Origin: Myxococcota bacterium
GTDB lineage: Bacteria > Myxococcota_C > UBA6777
Assembly (NCBI GenBank): GCA_023150835.1
Contig: JAKLKB010000048.1
Coordinates: forward strand, 1-43,348
Direction: 5' to 3'
DNA length: 43,348 nucleotides
Made by a program: the position numbers and the translations under genes. The notes under the pieces are model-generated. The model had not been told where the DNA came from. It saw only the letters and a list, made by a program, of their open reading frames with translations, and made no database searches. This document shows positions 1-10,394 of this stretch, piece by piece (position 1 is the stretch's first letter; each line of letters opens with the position of its first letter).

Positions 1-70
1 GCAGCGTCTGCGTCTCGTGCAAACAGCGTGCGTCATGAAAAAACAAAATCCCCGCTGCTTCCGACTTTCG

Positions 71-140
71 CTCCCTCCCCTGTTCACGGGGGAGGGCTGG
101 GGTGGGGGGGGCCAACAAGCGCTTAACCTAACGCCTATGG
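71..140. repeat. REP-like hairpin (CCCTCCCC-N8-GGGGAGGG followed by a G-tract) plus a possible small-repeat terminus (CTTAACCTAACGCCTATGG)
   Basis: Perfect 8-bp stem, 73-80 pairing with 89-96, followed by CTGGGGTGGGGGGG. Only one copy in the window, so repeat status is inferred from resemblance to dispersed intergenic palindromes. Confidence 0.45.
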
Positions 141-350
141 TACCTCGCCCCACAAAAACGATCGAACAAGTGATCCCTATGGTATCGCGAAGACTCTGCG
201 TGTGAGGATTGTAGTGCGTGGATCTTCGGGAGCAAGAGTGTTCGTTGCGAACGAACGCAGCGTTGCGTGTTTGGCGGCATCTTGATACAAGGCGAACCTC
301 ACGATGGTATGGGGTTTTTGTGTGGATCGAATGGAACAAAGGAGCATCGT

Positions 351-1052
351 ATGAAGAACCGCGCCTATCGGTACTATGACCTTGTGATGGCGGCGTTTGT
401 CTGTGTTTTGTTGTGTGCGAATCTGATCGGGGTGAAAAAGGTGACAACGATCGAGCTTCCTTGGTGGGGTGCGTTTACGTTTGGTGCGGGGATCTTGTTT
501 TTTCCGTTGAGTTACTTGTTTGGGGATATCTTGACGGAGGTGTACGGTTATGCGCGGGCGCGGCGGGTGGTGTGGACGGGGTTTGCGGCGTTGGGGTTTG
601 CGGCGTTGATGAGTTGGGTGATCGTCGAGTTGCCGCCCTCGAAAGATTGGGCATCGAACCAAGCTGCGTATGTGTATGCGTATGGTTCAACGCCTCGGAT
701 CGTCTTTGCGTCGGTGTTGGCGTTCTTTTGGGGAGAGCTGAGCAACTCGTATGCGCTGGCGAAGATGAAGATATGGACGGAAGGTCGGCATCTTTGGGCG
801 CGAATGATCGGTTCAACGATGGCGGGTGAGGCGGTCGATACGTTGATCTTCTATCCGCTGGCCTTTTATGGGGTGTGGAGCAACCAGATGTTGGTATCGG
901 TGATGATCGCCAACTACCTGCTCAAGGTCTTGTGGGAGGCGCTCGCCACGCCTATAACGTACCGTGTGGTGGCGTTTTTGAAACGAGCGGAGCAGGAAGA
1001 TTATTACGATAGAGCCACAGACTTTACACCCTTTTCGATCAAGGTTCCGTGA
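351..1052 (+). CDS. yhhQ: Queuosine precursor transporter (YhhQ/VUT, DUF165 family)
   Basis: Multi-TM protein with family motifs FPLSYLFGDILTEVYG, PRIVFASVLAF, LWARMIGST and DTLIF. GGAG at 341-344 precedes ATG 351 (the ORF-track start at 267 is probably too long). Confidence 0.88.
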   Translation: MKNRAYRYYDLVMAAFVCVLLCANLIGVKKVTTIELPWWGAFTFGAGILFFPLSYLFGDILTEVYGYARARRVVWTGFAALGFAALMSWVIVELPPSKDWASNQAAYVYAYGSTPRIVFASVLAFFWGELSNSYALAKMKIWTEGRHLWARMIGSTMAGEAVDTLIFYPLAFYGVWSNQMLVSVMIANYLLKVLWEALATPITYRVVAFLKRAEQEDYYDRATDFTPFSIKVP

Positions 1053-1089
1053 GGGTTCTGTGTAGGCTCGTTCTTTCGTTCTGCCCGTT

Positions 1090-1338
1090 TCACTTTGCGA
1101 TCAAAGCGGTGCTGATTCTGGTGACGAGGATGACTGTCCAACACACAGCGATGATGATGCGTGTTTTTTTGTCCATCTTCACGACTTTTCCGCCTTGGGA
1201 GGCATAAATCTCTCCAGAAAATGCGAGAAAAAGACCCAGCGGAATGAAGAACAAAATGGACAAGATGAAGACCCAACGTTTGCGCATCGTGGGAACTTGA
1301 TCGTAACTCTGGTACTCGGTAGCGGGTTCAAAAGCCAT
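1090..1338 (-). CDS. Small two-TM membrane protein (82 aa), hypothetical
   Basis: MAFEPATEYQSYDQVP... with two hydrophobic segments. Strong AAGGAGA RBS (complement of 1344-1350) before ATG at 1338. Confidence 0.75.
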   Translation of the reverse strand: MAFEPATEYQSYDQVPTMRKRWVFILSILFFIPLGLFLAFSGEIYASQGGKVVKMDKKTRIIIAVCWTVILVTRISTALIAK

Positions 1339-1390
1339 AGTAGTCTCCTTTTTGTGTGAGAGGTGTGCGATGTACCAAACAAAGCACAGG

Positions 1391-4300
1391 TTAAAGGACA
1401 GCAGAGAGGCTGTCTTCGGTGGCGCTGGTGATCCAGCGCCCAAGGGCGCGCAACGCACCTTCGTGGAGGGGGAAGATCTTGACGGCTTGTTCGAAGCAAA
1501 ATTGAGCTTCGGTTTGGTTTTGGAGTTGTTGCGTGTAGAGTTGGCCGAGTTGGAACCACAGATCGGCGACTTGGTCGGAAGGTTCGGGAGATTCGATGCG
1601 TTGGAGGAAGAGTTCACGCAGCGGATCGCGCCAGTCGGCGTCTTGGAGGATACGGACGTGAAGGGCGAGGATGCGGGGATCTTCGGGGATGAATTTGTAG
1701 GCTTGGTCGATGTAAAAGAGTGCGTTTTCCCAATCCGAGCGTTCGGAAGCGAGGGTTGCGAGTTGGAGACAAAGCTCGACGACCTCATCAAAGGGAAGGC
1801 GATCCCACTCGATCTCAAGAAAGCGGAAGAGGTGTTCGGAGGCGGTTTGTTTTTGATCGAGGATCAAAGCGCGCTGCCCAAGGAGGCGTAGGCTTGGGGT
1901 AAAATCGGGATCGGTTTGGAGGGCGAGTTCAAGGCGATCCCATGCCTGATCATCGTCTGCGGCGGTAAACAGTAGCCATGCTTGAAGAAGAAGTCGGAAG
2001 CGTTCGGGGAGCCGATCGGAGATGGTGGAAAACATGGTGGGGCCGGGCTGTTTGCCTTTTTTGATAGCGACATCCAAGATCTGTAGGTTTTTTTGGCTTG
2101 CGAGGGCTTCGCGGTTTTCGGGTTCAGCGGCCAAGGCATCGAGCAGAGTGCAGAGGGCATCGGGCCATTGGGAGCGTCGGGCGAAAAGTCCGGCGAGGTG
2201 AAAGTGAGCGCGGGTTTGATCTTCGGGGATATCGAGGGTTTGGAGGATGGGGAGAAGGTCTTCGCGAGAGGGCGGCTTTTTCTTGGAGAGGATGGCTTCG
2301 ATCAAAGCGAGAGCGCGTTCGGGGAAAGCGCCCAACTGAAGGGCTTGTTGGGCGAGTTCTTGGGCTTTTTTACCGCGTTGAAGGGCATACCATTGGATCT
2401 CGGCTTGTGCGAGGAGGCAACTGGCGCGATCTTCTTCGTTGGCTTCGTCGCGTTGAGCGAGAAGATCGAGCTTTTTGAGCAGGTCGTCCCACGATTGAGC
2501 GCGAGCAAGGGTGCGGATCTCTTCGATGGCTTCGGCGGGTAAAAAGTCGGGTTCGGACTCGCTCAGACGCAAGATCCAGCTAAGTTCGAGAAGGTTCTTT
2601 TGGTAGAGCCGAGAGGTGAGGGGGAGTGGATCTTCAAGGTCCGAGGCTTCGTTGAGTAGAAGGCCAAAGAGGATTTGGGCGTTTTCAGCGGATTCTTGTT
2701 GTTCAAGGACCGTTTTGCGCAAGAGATCTTCGGCGCTTCCGACGGAGGGATCGGCTTGGGTGATCGTGAGAAGGCGTTGGAGACTGTCGCGGCTGTCGTT
2801 TTGTTGACCTTGTTTGAGTTGGAGGATGGCAAGCTGAACGGCGATGGGAGCGGCGAGTTGGGCTTTGCCTTGGGCATCGAGCAGGTCAAGAAGTGCGTGT
2901 AGCGGTGCGGTGCGTTGGGGCTGTTGTGTGTGGGCGAGTCGGTAGTATTTTTCGGCGTCATCGCTTTTTTCGAGATGAGAGAGGGATATCTCAGCGATGC
3001 GCATAAATGTGTCACAAAGTCCCGCAGGATCGACTTCTGCGCGAGTGCGTGCTTTGAGTGCGCTGATCACGGCGGGCCAGTCGGCGAGTTCTTCGTAGAG
3101 GGCTTGGAGGCTGTGCAGGATCTGGAGATTGCGGGGATCGTAGCGCAAGGCTTGTCGGTAGGTTTGGAGAGCGCGTTCGTAATCGCCCTGTCGTCCGAGG
3201 TAAAGCTCGGCGAGTTCAAAGAGCTTTTGAGCGCGAAGGAGAGGGTCAGTTTGGAGTGTGGATTGGTTTTCGATCAGGCGGGCGAGTTCTTCCCACATCC
3301 AAAGGGTTTCGTAGATGCTTTTGAGTGCGTGGATGGAGGGTTCGTGTTGAGGGGAGCGTTCGAGGATCTTTTGGTGGATCAGCATGGCTTCGTCGGGCTG
3401 TTCGAGGTCGTGTTGGTAGATCTCAGCGGCGCGTTCAAAGCTGCGGATAGAGTCTTCGACGGAGGGGGCGGTTTCGCCGATCTGTAGGTAGATCTGGGCG
3501 GCTTCTTGGCGAGATTCGAGTTCTTCGAAGGAGATGGCGATGGTTTGGAGGGTTGCGGGATCGTTGGCGGCGTGGCTGGAGACGCGCTCAAGCATGGCAC
3601 GTGCTTCGTTTTCGTCCATCAAGAGATGCCGATAGAGTTCGAAGGTGCGTAGAGTAAGCTCAGCGCGGCTCTGGCCGGGTGGGGCGAGATGGGTGGATTC
3701 TTCGAGTTTTTTGACGAAGGTTTCGAGATCTTGGTCTTCTTCGTAGAGATTTTGAAGCTCGCCAAAGGCGTCGCTGTGGGAGGGATCTTGGGCGAGGACG
3801 CTCCAGAGTTGTTTTTTGCCTTCTTCGCGGTCTTGGAGCAGGTGAAGTTGTTGGATCGCCAGTTCAAAATTCAGCCCGACGCGCTCAGGCCCGTGCTGGA
3901 GGGTTTCAAGCAAGCGCAAGCGGATACGTAGGGCTTCTTCAAGTTCACCTTCGTCTTCAAGGCGTTGGCCGAATAAGCGCGTGAGTTGGGGGATGCGGAG
4001 GTTTTTTTGATCGAGAAGTTGATGGACGGCACGAAGTTCGTCGAGCCCGAGTCCTGCGTGTTGAAGGGATTCAAAGAGGGGGTTGAGTTGTTGTTGTTGT
4101 GCTTCGGAAGGGCTGCGTTGTGCGAGGAGGGCGGCGAGCCGCTCCCAAAGAGGAGCGCGTTCTTGGGGTTGGGCGGGCAACATCCGAGCCATCCAAAGAT
4201 CGCCAAGGAAGGGTTCTTTTTGAAAGGCTTGTTCCCAACAACGGACACTGGTTTCGGGAGCGATATCACGCAAGAGGCGAAAGGCTTCGAGAAAGAGGGG

Positions 4301-7243
4301 GGCTTCCGCGAGTTGTTCGCCGAGTTGCAAAAGGACGCGAACTTCGGTGTTGTCGGTGGGGAGGCCATACTCTTTGATGATGGAGAGGCCGAATTGGGGT
4401 TGAAGAGAGAGCAGTTGGCTGCAAGCTTTCTTCCTTTCGTGGGCGCGATCAAGGCGAGCGTACAGGGCGATCATCTGTTCAAGGGCGGCTTGAACGCGTT
4501 CGGCGGGCTTGGTGGGGAGGACTTTGAAGAGGCGCTCCCAATGCTCGACTGCTGAGGTGTAGCGTTGGTTGCGTTGGTCGATCTGCGCGAGGCGTTTGAG
4601 CGCGACGGGATGTGCGTCGTCGAGCATGAGGACGTTGTTGTATTCTTCGTAAGCACGGGCTTCTTGGCGAAGTTGTTCTTCGAGCAGTTCGGCGAGTTCG
4701 AGTCGAGTCGAGATTTTTTCTTCGGCTTGATCAGCAAGTTGAGCAAGCTGGGCAAGAAAGGGTAGAAGCTCTTGAAATTGACTTTGCTCACGGAGAAGGT
4801 CGACGGAAGCACGCAAAGAGGGGAGGTGTTCGGGATCGAGGATCAGGGCCTTTTGGTAGGCGGCAAGGGCGCGGTCGGTTTGCTTGTAAGTGGTGCGAAG
4901 GATGCGTCCTTTTGCGGCGTAGAGGTCGGCTTGTTCGTGTTTGGAGAGCGGAAGGGCAAAACGTTCAAGTTGTCGGTCGAGCTTGCTCCAATCTTCGCGT
5001 CGGACGTAAAAGCGGATCAAGGCTTCGAGGTGCTGTTTGCTGTTGGGGTCGAGTTGGTAGGCTTGAAGATAAGCGAGTTCGGCTTCGGTGTCTTTTTTGA
5101 GTTGTTCTTCGAGAAGTCGTGCGCGTTTGAGGGAGAGGGAGGCGGCTTGCGTGGGGGCGACTTCGATCGAGCGAAGGTAGAGGGTGTCGAGTTTGTCCCA
5201 TTGTTCGAGCTTTTGGTATCGTTGGCTGAGGCGTTCGATCAGTTGGGTGTCGGTGGGAAGGAGGCGAAGGGCTTTTTCAAGATGTCGAACAGCATCAAGA
5301 TCGAAGAGTGATTTTTGTGCCATCTCGCTGTGTATACGGGCGAGTTCGGCTTGTCGTCCAGTGCGAACGCAGATCTCTTCGAGGAGTTGCCATGCAGGTT
5401 CGAGTTCGGCTTGGAGCTGAACGGCTTCGTTGGCGGATTGAAGGGCGCGTTCAGCGTCTTCGCGTTGCCAGTGCAGGCGGGCGAGTTCGAGCATGAGGAT
5501 GCTGCGTTCGGAGGGGGAAAGCTGCCCTTCGCGTTGGAGCAAGCGTTGTTTTTCGTTGATTTGGAGGTCGAGGGTGTGTTCTTCGTCGGTGAAAAAGTCT
5601 TCTTCTTGGACTTGGCTGGCTTCAAGGGCGCGGATGCGGTGGAGGGTGGGGGGGTGGTTGGGGCGCAAGGGGAGGACGCGACGGTAACGTCGGAGGGCAG
5701 CGCCGGGATGAGCAAGGCGTTCTTCGAGGATCTGCCCTGTGCGAAATAGCAGATCCGCGCAAAGGGCGGTGTGGTTGAGTTGTTCGAGTCGATCGATCAA
5801 GATATCGAGAATACGGAGAGCTTCGAGGTTTTCGTCGGTGGCTAGGCGAAATTCAGCGAGTTCACGTTGATAAGAGATATCGTCTTGGAGGAAAGGAGCA
5901 GCTTGTTCGAGTTGGGTGCGTGCTTCGGGGAGTTGGCGCAAGCGGGATCGGTAGAGTCCGGCGAGAGAAAGGTTATGACGTGCGCGTTCGATGCTTGGGG
6001 GGGTTTGTTCGATGAGGTCAAGGAGAACGGACTCGGCTTCGTGAAAATGGCCGAATTTGAGGGCATAACGGGCCAGAGCAGCGATGGCAGGTCGGTATGT
6101 GGGGTCTTCTTGACGGGCTTGTTGCCAGAGAGTTTGTGCGTGATCGGGGAGATGGGGTTCGAGGAGTTCGGCGGCTTTGCTGTAAGCGAGCGCCGCTTCG
6201 ATTCGCTCTTTGTTGCTACGGGCGATATCGGCGATCTGGAGGTAAAATTGGGCGGCTTGTTGGAGGTTTTTGTTGCCTTCGGCGTGTTGGGCGAGGCAGT
6301 TGATGGCTTGGATATCGCGGGGATTTCGTCGGAGGGCTTCTTCGGCGATGCGGCTGGCTTTTTGCCAGCTTTCTGGGTTGGGCGAGCCGATGTAGAGCTG
6401 CATCAAGCGTTCTTGGAGGAAGGGATGTCCGGGATTTTGCCAGAGTTGTTCTTCGTAGATTTGGGTTGCGCCGTCGTAGTCGCCGTTTCCGAGGATCTCT
6501 TCGATCGAGAGGAACTGTTGTTCGGATTGTCGAAACAGCATCCATGAGTTGTAGAGGGGGTCGAAGCTGGCGAGACTTGCGGCAGGTCGGGCCTGAAGGG
6601 GTTGAAAGGAAAGCCCGATGTGTGTTTGATCGAGGGTGATCTGGTGGAGTTGAACGTCCCGATAGTTGGGGAGTTTCCAGCCATAGGCAGCCAGAGTCCA
6701 ACGCAGAAGTAGCGAGAGCGGATCGAATTGGAGTGTAGCGGTGCCGGCGACCTTGACGGGGCCTTGGCGGCCTGTTCGTGCGACAAGAAGGGGAATAATG
6801 GCGGGGGCGGGAAGGCCGGGTCGTCCAAACAGGCGGAGATCATAAAACACAACGCCTCCGAGTGGACCGGCTTTTTCGTATAAAAACCCCCGCACACAAA
6901 AAGGCGTACGTTTGCCCTCACGCGAGAGTACGCCGCTGATCTCGATGCGTGCGCCGAGGACTTGGAGTTGCAGGTCGGAAAGGCCGCCTCCTGACAAGGT
7001 TCGGCCAATCAGGGCGGTGAGGTAGCGTTGTTCGAGCAGGCAGCGAAGGTCGAGTAGGTTACCACGAACTTGTTTGATGGCGTGGGGTGAGGTGGGCTTG
7101 AAGGAAGCGGGGACTTGAAGCGTCAGGCCCTCGATCAGGGTATTGGGATTGAGCGCAAATTGTGACTCCAAAAAGAGCCGTTGTTCGCCGTCGTATCGAA
7201 TTTGGGGGGCTTCTGCGTGAGGGTGATGCATGCGCGTGTCCAC
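1391..7243 (-). CDS. Giant tetratricopeptide-repeat protein (1950 aa) with a ~230-aa non-TPR N-terminal domain
   Basis: Uninterrupted 5.85-kb ORF with many TPR-like helical units (e.g. ALAAYQKALILDPEH, ALQTYRQALRYDPRN), typical of myxobacterial giant TPR proteins. Confidence 0.85.
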   Translation of the reverse strand: MDTRMHHPHAEAPQIRYDGEQRLFLESQFALNPNTLIEGLTLQVPASFKPTSPHAIKQVRGNLLDLRCLLEQRYLTALIGRTLSGGGLSDLQLQVLGARIEISGVLSREGKRTPFCVRGFLYEKAGPLGGVVFYDLRLFGRPGLPAPAIIPLLVARTGRQGPVKVAGTATLQFDPLSLLLRWTLAAYGWKLPNYRDVQLHQITLDQTHIGLSFQPLQARPAASLASFDPLYNSWMLFRQSEQQFLSIEEILGNGDYDGATQIYEEQLWQNPGHPFLQERLMQLYIGSPNPESWQKASRIAEEALRRNPRDIQAINCLAQHAEGNKNLQQAAQFYLQIADIARSNKERIEAALAYSKAAELLEPHLPDHAQTLWQQARQEDPTYRPAIAALARYALKFGHFHEAESVLLDLIEQTPPSIERARHNLSLAGLYRSRLRQLPEARTQLEQAAPFLQDDISYQRELAEFRLATDENLEALRILDILIDRLEQLNHTALCADLLFRTGQILEERLAHPGAALRRYRRVLPLRPNHPPTLHRIRALEASQVQEEDFFTDEEHTLDLQINEKQRLLQREGQLSPSERSILMLELARLHWQREDAERALQSANEAVQLQAELEPAWQLLEEICVRTGRQAELARIHSEMAQKSLFDLDAVRHLEKALRLLPTDTQLIERLSQRYQKLEQWDKLDTLYLRSIEVAPTQAASLSLKRARLLEEQLKKDTEAELAYLQAYQLDPNSKQHLEALIRFYVRREDWSKLDRQLERFALPLSKHEQADLYAAKGRILRTTYKQTDRALAAYQKALILDPEHLPSLRASVDLLREQSQFQELLPFLAQLAQLADQAEEKISTRLELAELLEEQLRQEARAYEEYNNVLMLDDAHPVALKRLAQIDQRNQRYTSAVEHWERLFKVLPTKPAERVQAALEQMIALYARLDRAHERKKACSQLLSLQPQFGLSIIKEYGLPTDNTEVRVLLQLGEQLAEAPLFLEAFRLLRDIAPETSVRCWEQAFQKEPFLGDLWMARMLPAQPQERAPLWERLAALLAQRSPSEAQQQQLNPLFESLQHAGLGLDELRAVHQLLDQKNLRIPQLTRLFGQRLEDEGELEEALRIRLRLLETLQHGPERVGLNFELAIQQLHLLQDREEGKKQLWSVLAQDPSHSDAFGELQNLYEEDQDLETFVKKLEESTHLAPPGQSRAELTLRTFELYRHLLMDENEARAMLERVSSHAANDPATLQTIAISFEELESRQEAAQIYLQIGETAPSVEDSIRSFERAAEIYQHDLEQPDEAMLIHQKILERSPQHEPSIHALKSIYETLWMWEELARLIENQSTLQTDPLLRAQKLFELAELYLGRQGDYERALQTYRQALRYDPRNLQILHSLQALYEELADWPAVISALKARTRAEVDPAGLCDTFMRIAEISLSHLEKSDDAEKYYRLAHTQQPQRTAPLHALLDLLDAQGKAQLAAPIAVQLAILQLKQGQQNDSRDSLQRLLTITQADPSVGSAEDLLRKTVLEQQESAENAQILFGLLLNEASDLEDPLPLTSRLYQKNLLELSWILRLSESEPDFLPAEAIEEIRTLARAQSWDDLLKKLDLLAQRDEANEEDRASCLLAQAEIQWYALQRGKKAQELAQQALQLGAFPERALALIEAILSKKKPPSREDLLPILQTLDIPEDQTRAHFHLAGLFARRSQWPDALCTLLDALAAEPENREALASQKNLQILDVAIKKGKQPGPTMFSTISDRLPERFRLLLQAWLLFTAADDDQAWDRLELALQTDPDFTPSLRLLGQRALILDQKQTASEHLFRFLEIEWDRLPFDEVVELCLQLATLASERSDWENALFYIDQAYKFIPEDPRILALHVRILQDADWRDPLRELFLQRIESPEPSDQVADLWFQLGQLYTQQLQNQTEAQFCFEQAVKIFPLHEGALRALGRWITSATEDSLSAVL

Positions 7244-7590
7244 TCGGAATCCTCATTTCAGGCCGATCTGAGGCGGTTATGGAGGAGGGCTGTGTCGATC
7301 CAGATCATCTCGGCGAGCATACACAAAGCGTTGCGAAAAACAAGAGCGGCGCACGACACAAGAGGGCAACAAACGGGTCTTGTTGGGTCTCCTTGACAAG
7401 GCGAGTTGGAGGTGTGAATAAGGAGGTGGACTTCAGAGGATGCTAAAGCGGTCAGGAGCCACGCAGCGGATAGCGATCTCACGGCGGGACAACGGTTTGC
7501 GTACACCCCAAACTCCCATGCGGACAGCGCACACAAGGATCACGACCGCCCCCAAAGACGACAACATAGACAACAAGACGGAGCCGTGTT

Positions 7591-8442
7591 TTGGCGAAAG
7601 AGATATCCCCCAAAAACCAGAAAACCAGCGTCTGTTGCAGAGAAACCCCTGTGGTATCGAGGCTTTCGTGGCTTCGGGCGGTGGGTCTGTTTTTGTTTGC
7701 TGTCGTTTTGACCGCAGCGGCTTGCAAGACTACAAATCCCTATCATCCAGCAGCGATCCGCCAAACCGAAGAAGGCATCGCCTTGATGGAACAGGGGCGG
7801 TACGGTTCCGCAGAGCAACGCTTCCAAAATGCGATCGGTATCGATCCTGCGTACGCGTTGGCCTATGACCGGCTGGGCTTGATTATGCTTCGGCGGGGCC
7901 TTTTGAGTACAGCCGAAAAATACTTTCGCAAAGCTGTCAAGCGCGACGCCAATCTGACGATCGCATGGACCCATCTTGGATCGGCTTTGCGAGCGCAAAA
8001 ACTCTATAAAGAAGCTTCGCTGGCTTTTCAGCGGGCGATCGATACCCAGCCCGACGCGATGACGCCGCGCTTGCTTTTGGCCCAAACCTACCGAACCATC
8101 GGCCAATACCAACTCGGGCGAGTCCAATGCCTTCGGATGATCGCCGATCATCCGCAAAAAGCGCCTCCTCACTTTGAGATGGGCCTGATCTATCTTGCCG
8201 AAGAACAAGACGAACAAGCGTTATTGTCTTTTCAGCGTGCGCTCAAACGCGATGCGGGCCACACCGAAGCCCTTCGGATGAGCGCTCGCGTCTTGCAAGC
8301 GCGAAAGCGTTTTTCCCAAAGTCTGCAACACATCGATTTGCTTTTACAACGTATCCCCAACGATCCTGAAGCGTTGCGGATGCGAGGAGAATTGATCCAA
8401 GCGTTGCGCACGGGGGCAACCCCTGCTTCTCCTGTACCCTGA
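7591..8442 (+). CDS. TPR lipoprotein (PilF/Tgl-like)
   Basis: Hydrophobic signal ending LTAAAC (lipobox-like), followed by about 6 TPRs. Start is TTG 7591 (GGAG upstream) or GTG 7651. Confidence 0.75.
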   Translation: MAKEISPKNQKTSVCCRETPVVSRLSWLRAVGLFLFAVVLTAAACKTTNPYHPAAIRQTEEGIALMEQGRYGSAEQRFQNAIGIDPAYALAYDRLGLIMLRRGLLSTAEKYFRKAVKRDANLTIAWTHLGSALRAQKLYKEASLAFQRAIDTQPDAMTPRLLLAQTYRTIGQYQLGRVQCLRMIADHPQKAPPHFEMGLIYLAEEQDEQALLSFQRALKRDAGHTEALRMSARVLQARKRFSQSLQHIDLLLQRIPNDPEALRMRGELIQALRTGATPASPVP

Positions 8443-8544
8443 ACAAGGTATCTCGGCCTGCATGATCGAAGGTGTCTTCGAGCAGGTATATCCGCTAGAA
8501 GCGTACTCAACACATCACCGAACATTGTGGAGCTGATCGCAAAG

Positions 8545-9609
8545 ATGGCTGTACGAATGACTGTTGTGAACCCCGTTGACCCGGGAGATCCGCATACCAC
8601 CCCGCAAGATGTCCTTTTGGAGGATCACGAAACGGGGGAGATCTTTATTGGGCGAGCGCCCGGAAACCATGTGCAGCTCGCAAACTCCGCTGTGTCCGGT
8701 CAGCATGTGCGGATTACGCGCCAAGGAGAGGACTTTGTGCTGCACGATCTCGGCAGTCGCAACGGTACATCGCTCAATAGTGAGCGCCTCCCTGCGCGGG
8801 CGCAAAAGCTTTTGCGCAATGGAGACCGCATCCAGATCGTCAACTATGTGATCACTTTTAAGTCGGGTGCTGCGGCTTACCAAACCGAATCGACCGAAAA
8901 CACCACCATGATCGCCTTGTCGATGATCAAAAACGTCCTTGGGGGGGTCACTTCGCACGAAGACACTCCTCCAAAGCTGATCGTCATGGACGGCCCACAC
9001 CACGGTGATCGCGAGTTTCCTATCAAAGGGATGTACACGGACTATACGATCGGTCGATCGCCGCATTGCGAATTTACAGTCCACGACGAAAACATCTCAC
9101 GCGAACATGCCGTTGTTCGGCGCGATCCAACGAATGGCGTCACCATCCGCGATAACGGCAGTCGCAATGGTGTGATCGTCAACGGTGATCGCCTACGCGC
9201 CAACGCCGAGCGTCGACTCCGCGATCGTGACGAGATCACGATCGGAACCACCAAGATGTCTTTCTCTGATCCGATGGCTGCGGAATTTGAAGAAAAGTTT
9301 GGTGCCGAAGAACCCGCTCCTGCCCCCGCAGCTTCGGGGTCTCGCCCTTCGGGTGGTATCCCCAAACCTTCTTCCCCTCCCCCCAAAGCCGAGGTCGAAC
9401 AACCTCCACCTGCTCCCGCTCCTGTTGTTCCCGAAAAGCCAAAAGAAGCCGCACAAACAGAAGCCGAAGAAGCCCCCAGTACCGAAGCCCCAACTCCCCA
9501 ACCGCCCCCTCCTACGGGGTTGAACTCGACCCAAAAGATCTTCCTTGCTGTGGTCGTCGGGATCCCCGTATTGATCGTGTTGATCGTTCTTTTGATGATG
9601 ATGTTCTGA
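8545..9609 (+). CDS. Tandem FHA-domain protein with Pro/Ala-rich linker and C-terminal TM anchor
   Basis: Two FHA motif sets, IGR..SGQH..GSRNGT and IGR..SREH..GSRNGV, and a hydrophobic C-terminus. Alternative start GTG 8527. Confidence 0.88.
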   Translation: MAVRMTVVNPVDPGDPHTTPQDVLLEDHETGEIFIGRAPGNHVQLANSAVSGQHVRITRQGEDFVLHDLGSRNGTSLNSERLPARAQKLLRNGDRIQIVNYVITFKSGAAAYQTESTENTTMIALSMIKNVLGGVTSHEDTPPKLIVMDGPHHGDREFPIKGMYTDYTIGRSPHCEFTVHDENISREHAVVRRDPTNGVTIRDNGSRNGVIVNGDRLRANAERRLRDRDEITIGTTKMSFSDPMAAEFEEKFGAEEPAPAPAASGSRPSGGIPKPSSPPPKAEVEQPPPAPAPVVPEKPKEAAQTEAEEAPSTEAPTPQPPPPTGLNSTQKIFLAVVVGIPVLIVLIVLLMMMF

Positions 9610-9611
9610 TC

Positions 9612-10394
9612 ATGCGGCGTGTTTTGCTTCCTGATCTGGCGCTGTCTGCTTGGGATACAACCCCTATTGATATCGACTTGGCCAAGGATACCGCTCACTA
9701 CCTTTTGCGGGTTTTGCGCCAGCCTCCCGGTGAATCCGTCGAGATCTGCGATGGCAAAGGGGCGCGCTGGTATGCTCACATCCACGCAAACGCCACATCC
9801 GAGCGTTGCCGCGTTTCACTTATCGAATCGCTTCCCCCCATCCCAACGCCTTTTCCTGTGTATCTTGCCCAAGGGATCCCCAAAGGCGATCGCTTTGAGC
9901 AGATCTTGCGCCAAGGAACAGAAGTCGGTATCGCTGCGTTTTATCCGCTTTCTACAGAACGCACGGTGGTTCAACTCGACGAAAAAAAAGCCAACGCCCG
10001 CCGCGAACGCTGGGAAAAGATCACCGCCGAAGCTGCACGACAATCCCAGCGAAGTATCGCGCCGACTGTCTACGATGTTGCAGCACTTGGGGAGCTTGTG
10101 TCTGTTTTGCCTAGGGGGGTCCCTGTGATCGTTTGTTGGGAAGGTGAGCAAGATCGCGGTTTGCGGGCGTGGGTGCGATCCTTTGCTGCGCCACCTTGTG
10201 GAGTCGTCGTCTTGATCGGGCCTGAGGGGGGATTTTCTGCGAAAGAAGTGGCTTTCTTGGCAGAACATGGAATTCTCTCGGTTGGATTGGGGCCTTTGAT
10301 CTTGCGCACTGAGACCGCAGGTGTGGCTGTGGCCTCGATCCTTCAATATGAATGGGGTGTCATGGCTGGGGTCGGGAGGCGCGAATTGCTGTGA
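9612..10394 (+). CDS. rsmE: 16S rRNA m3U1498 methyltransferase RsmE
   Basis: HYLLRVLR, EAARQSQR, LIGPEGGFS and LGPLILRTETAG SPOUT/RsmE motifs. Confidence 0.95.
   Translation: MRRVLLPDLALSAWDTTPIDIDLAKDTAHYLLRVLRQPPGESVEICDGKGARWYAHIHANATSERCRVSLIESLPPIPTPFPVYLAQGIPKGDRFEQILRQGTEVGIAAFYPLSTERTVVQLDEKKANARRERWEKITAEAARQSQRSIAPTVYDVAALGELVSVLPRGVPVIVCWEGEQDRGLRAWVRSFAAPPCGVVVLIGPEGGFSAKEVAFLAEHGILSVGLGPLILRTETAGVAVASILQYEWGVMAGVGRRELL

Noticed and set aside
140..350. preQ1 riboswitch upstream of the yhhQ-like gene
   Set aside because: No recognisable preQ1 stem-loop with an A-rich tail or GGTTC-type core in the leader.
1352..7008. Many 100-230 aa ORFs overlapping the giant TPR gene (and similar ones over other genes)
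   Set aside because: Antisense or alternate-frame shadows caused by codon bias; no motifs or RBS.
7440..7868. 142-aa ORF behind an AAGGAGGT sequence
   Set aside because: Overlaps the TPR lipoprotein in another frame, has no recognisable features, and RBS spacing is long; cannot be supported.
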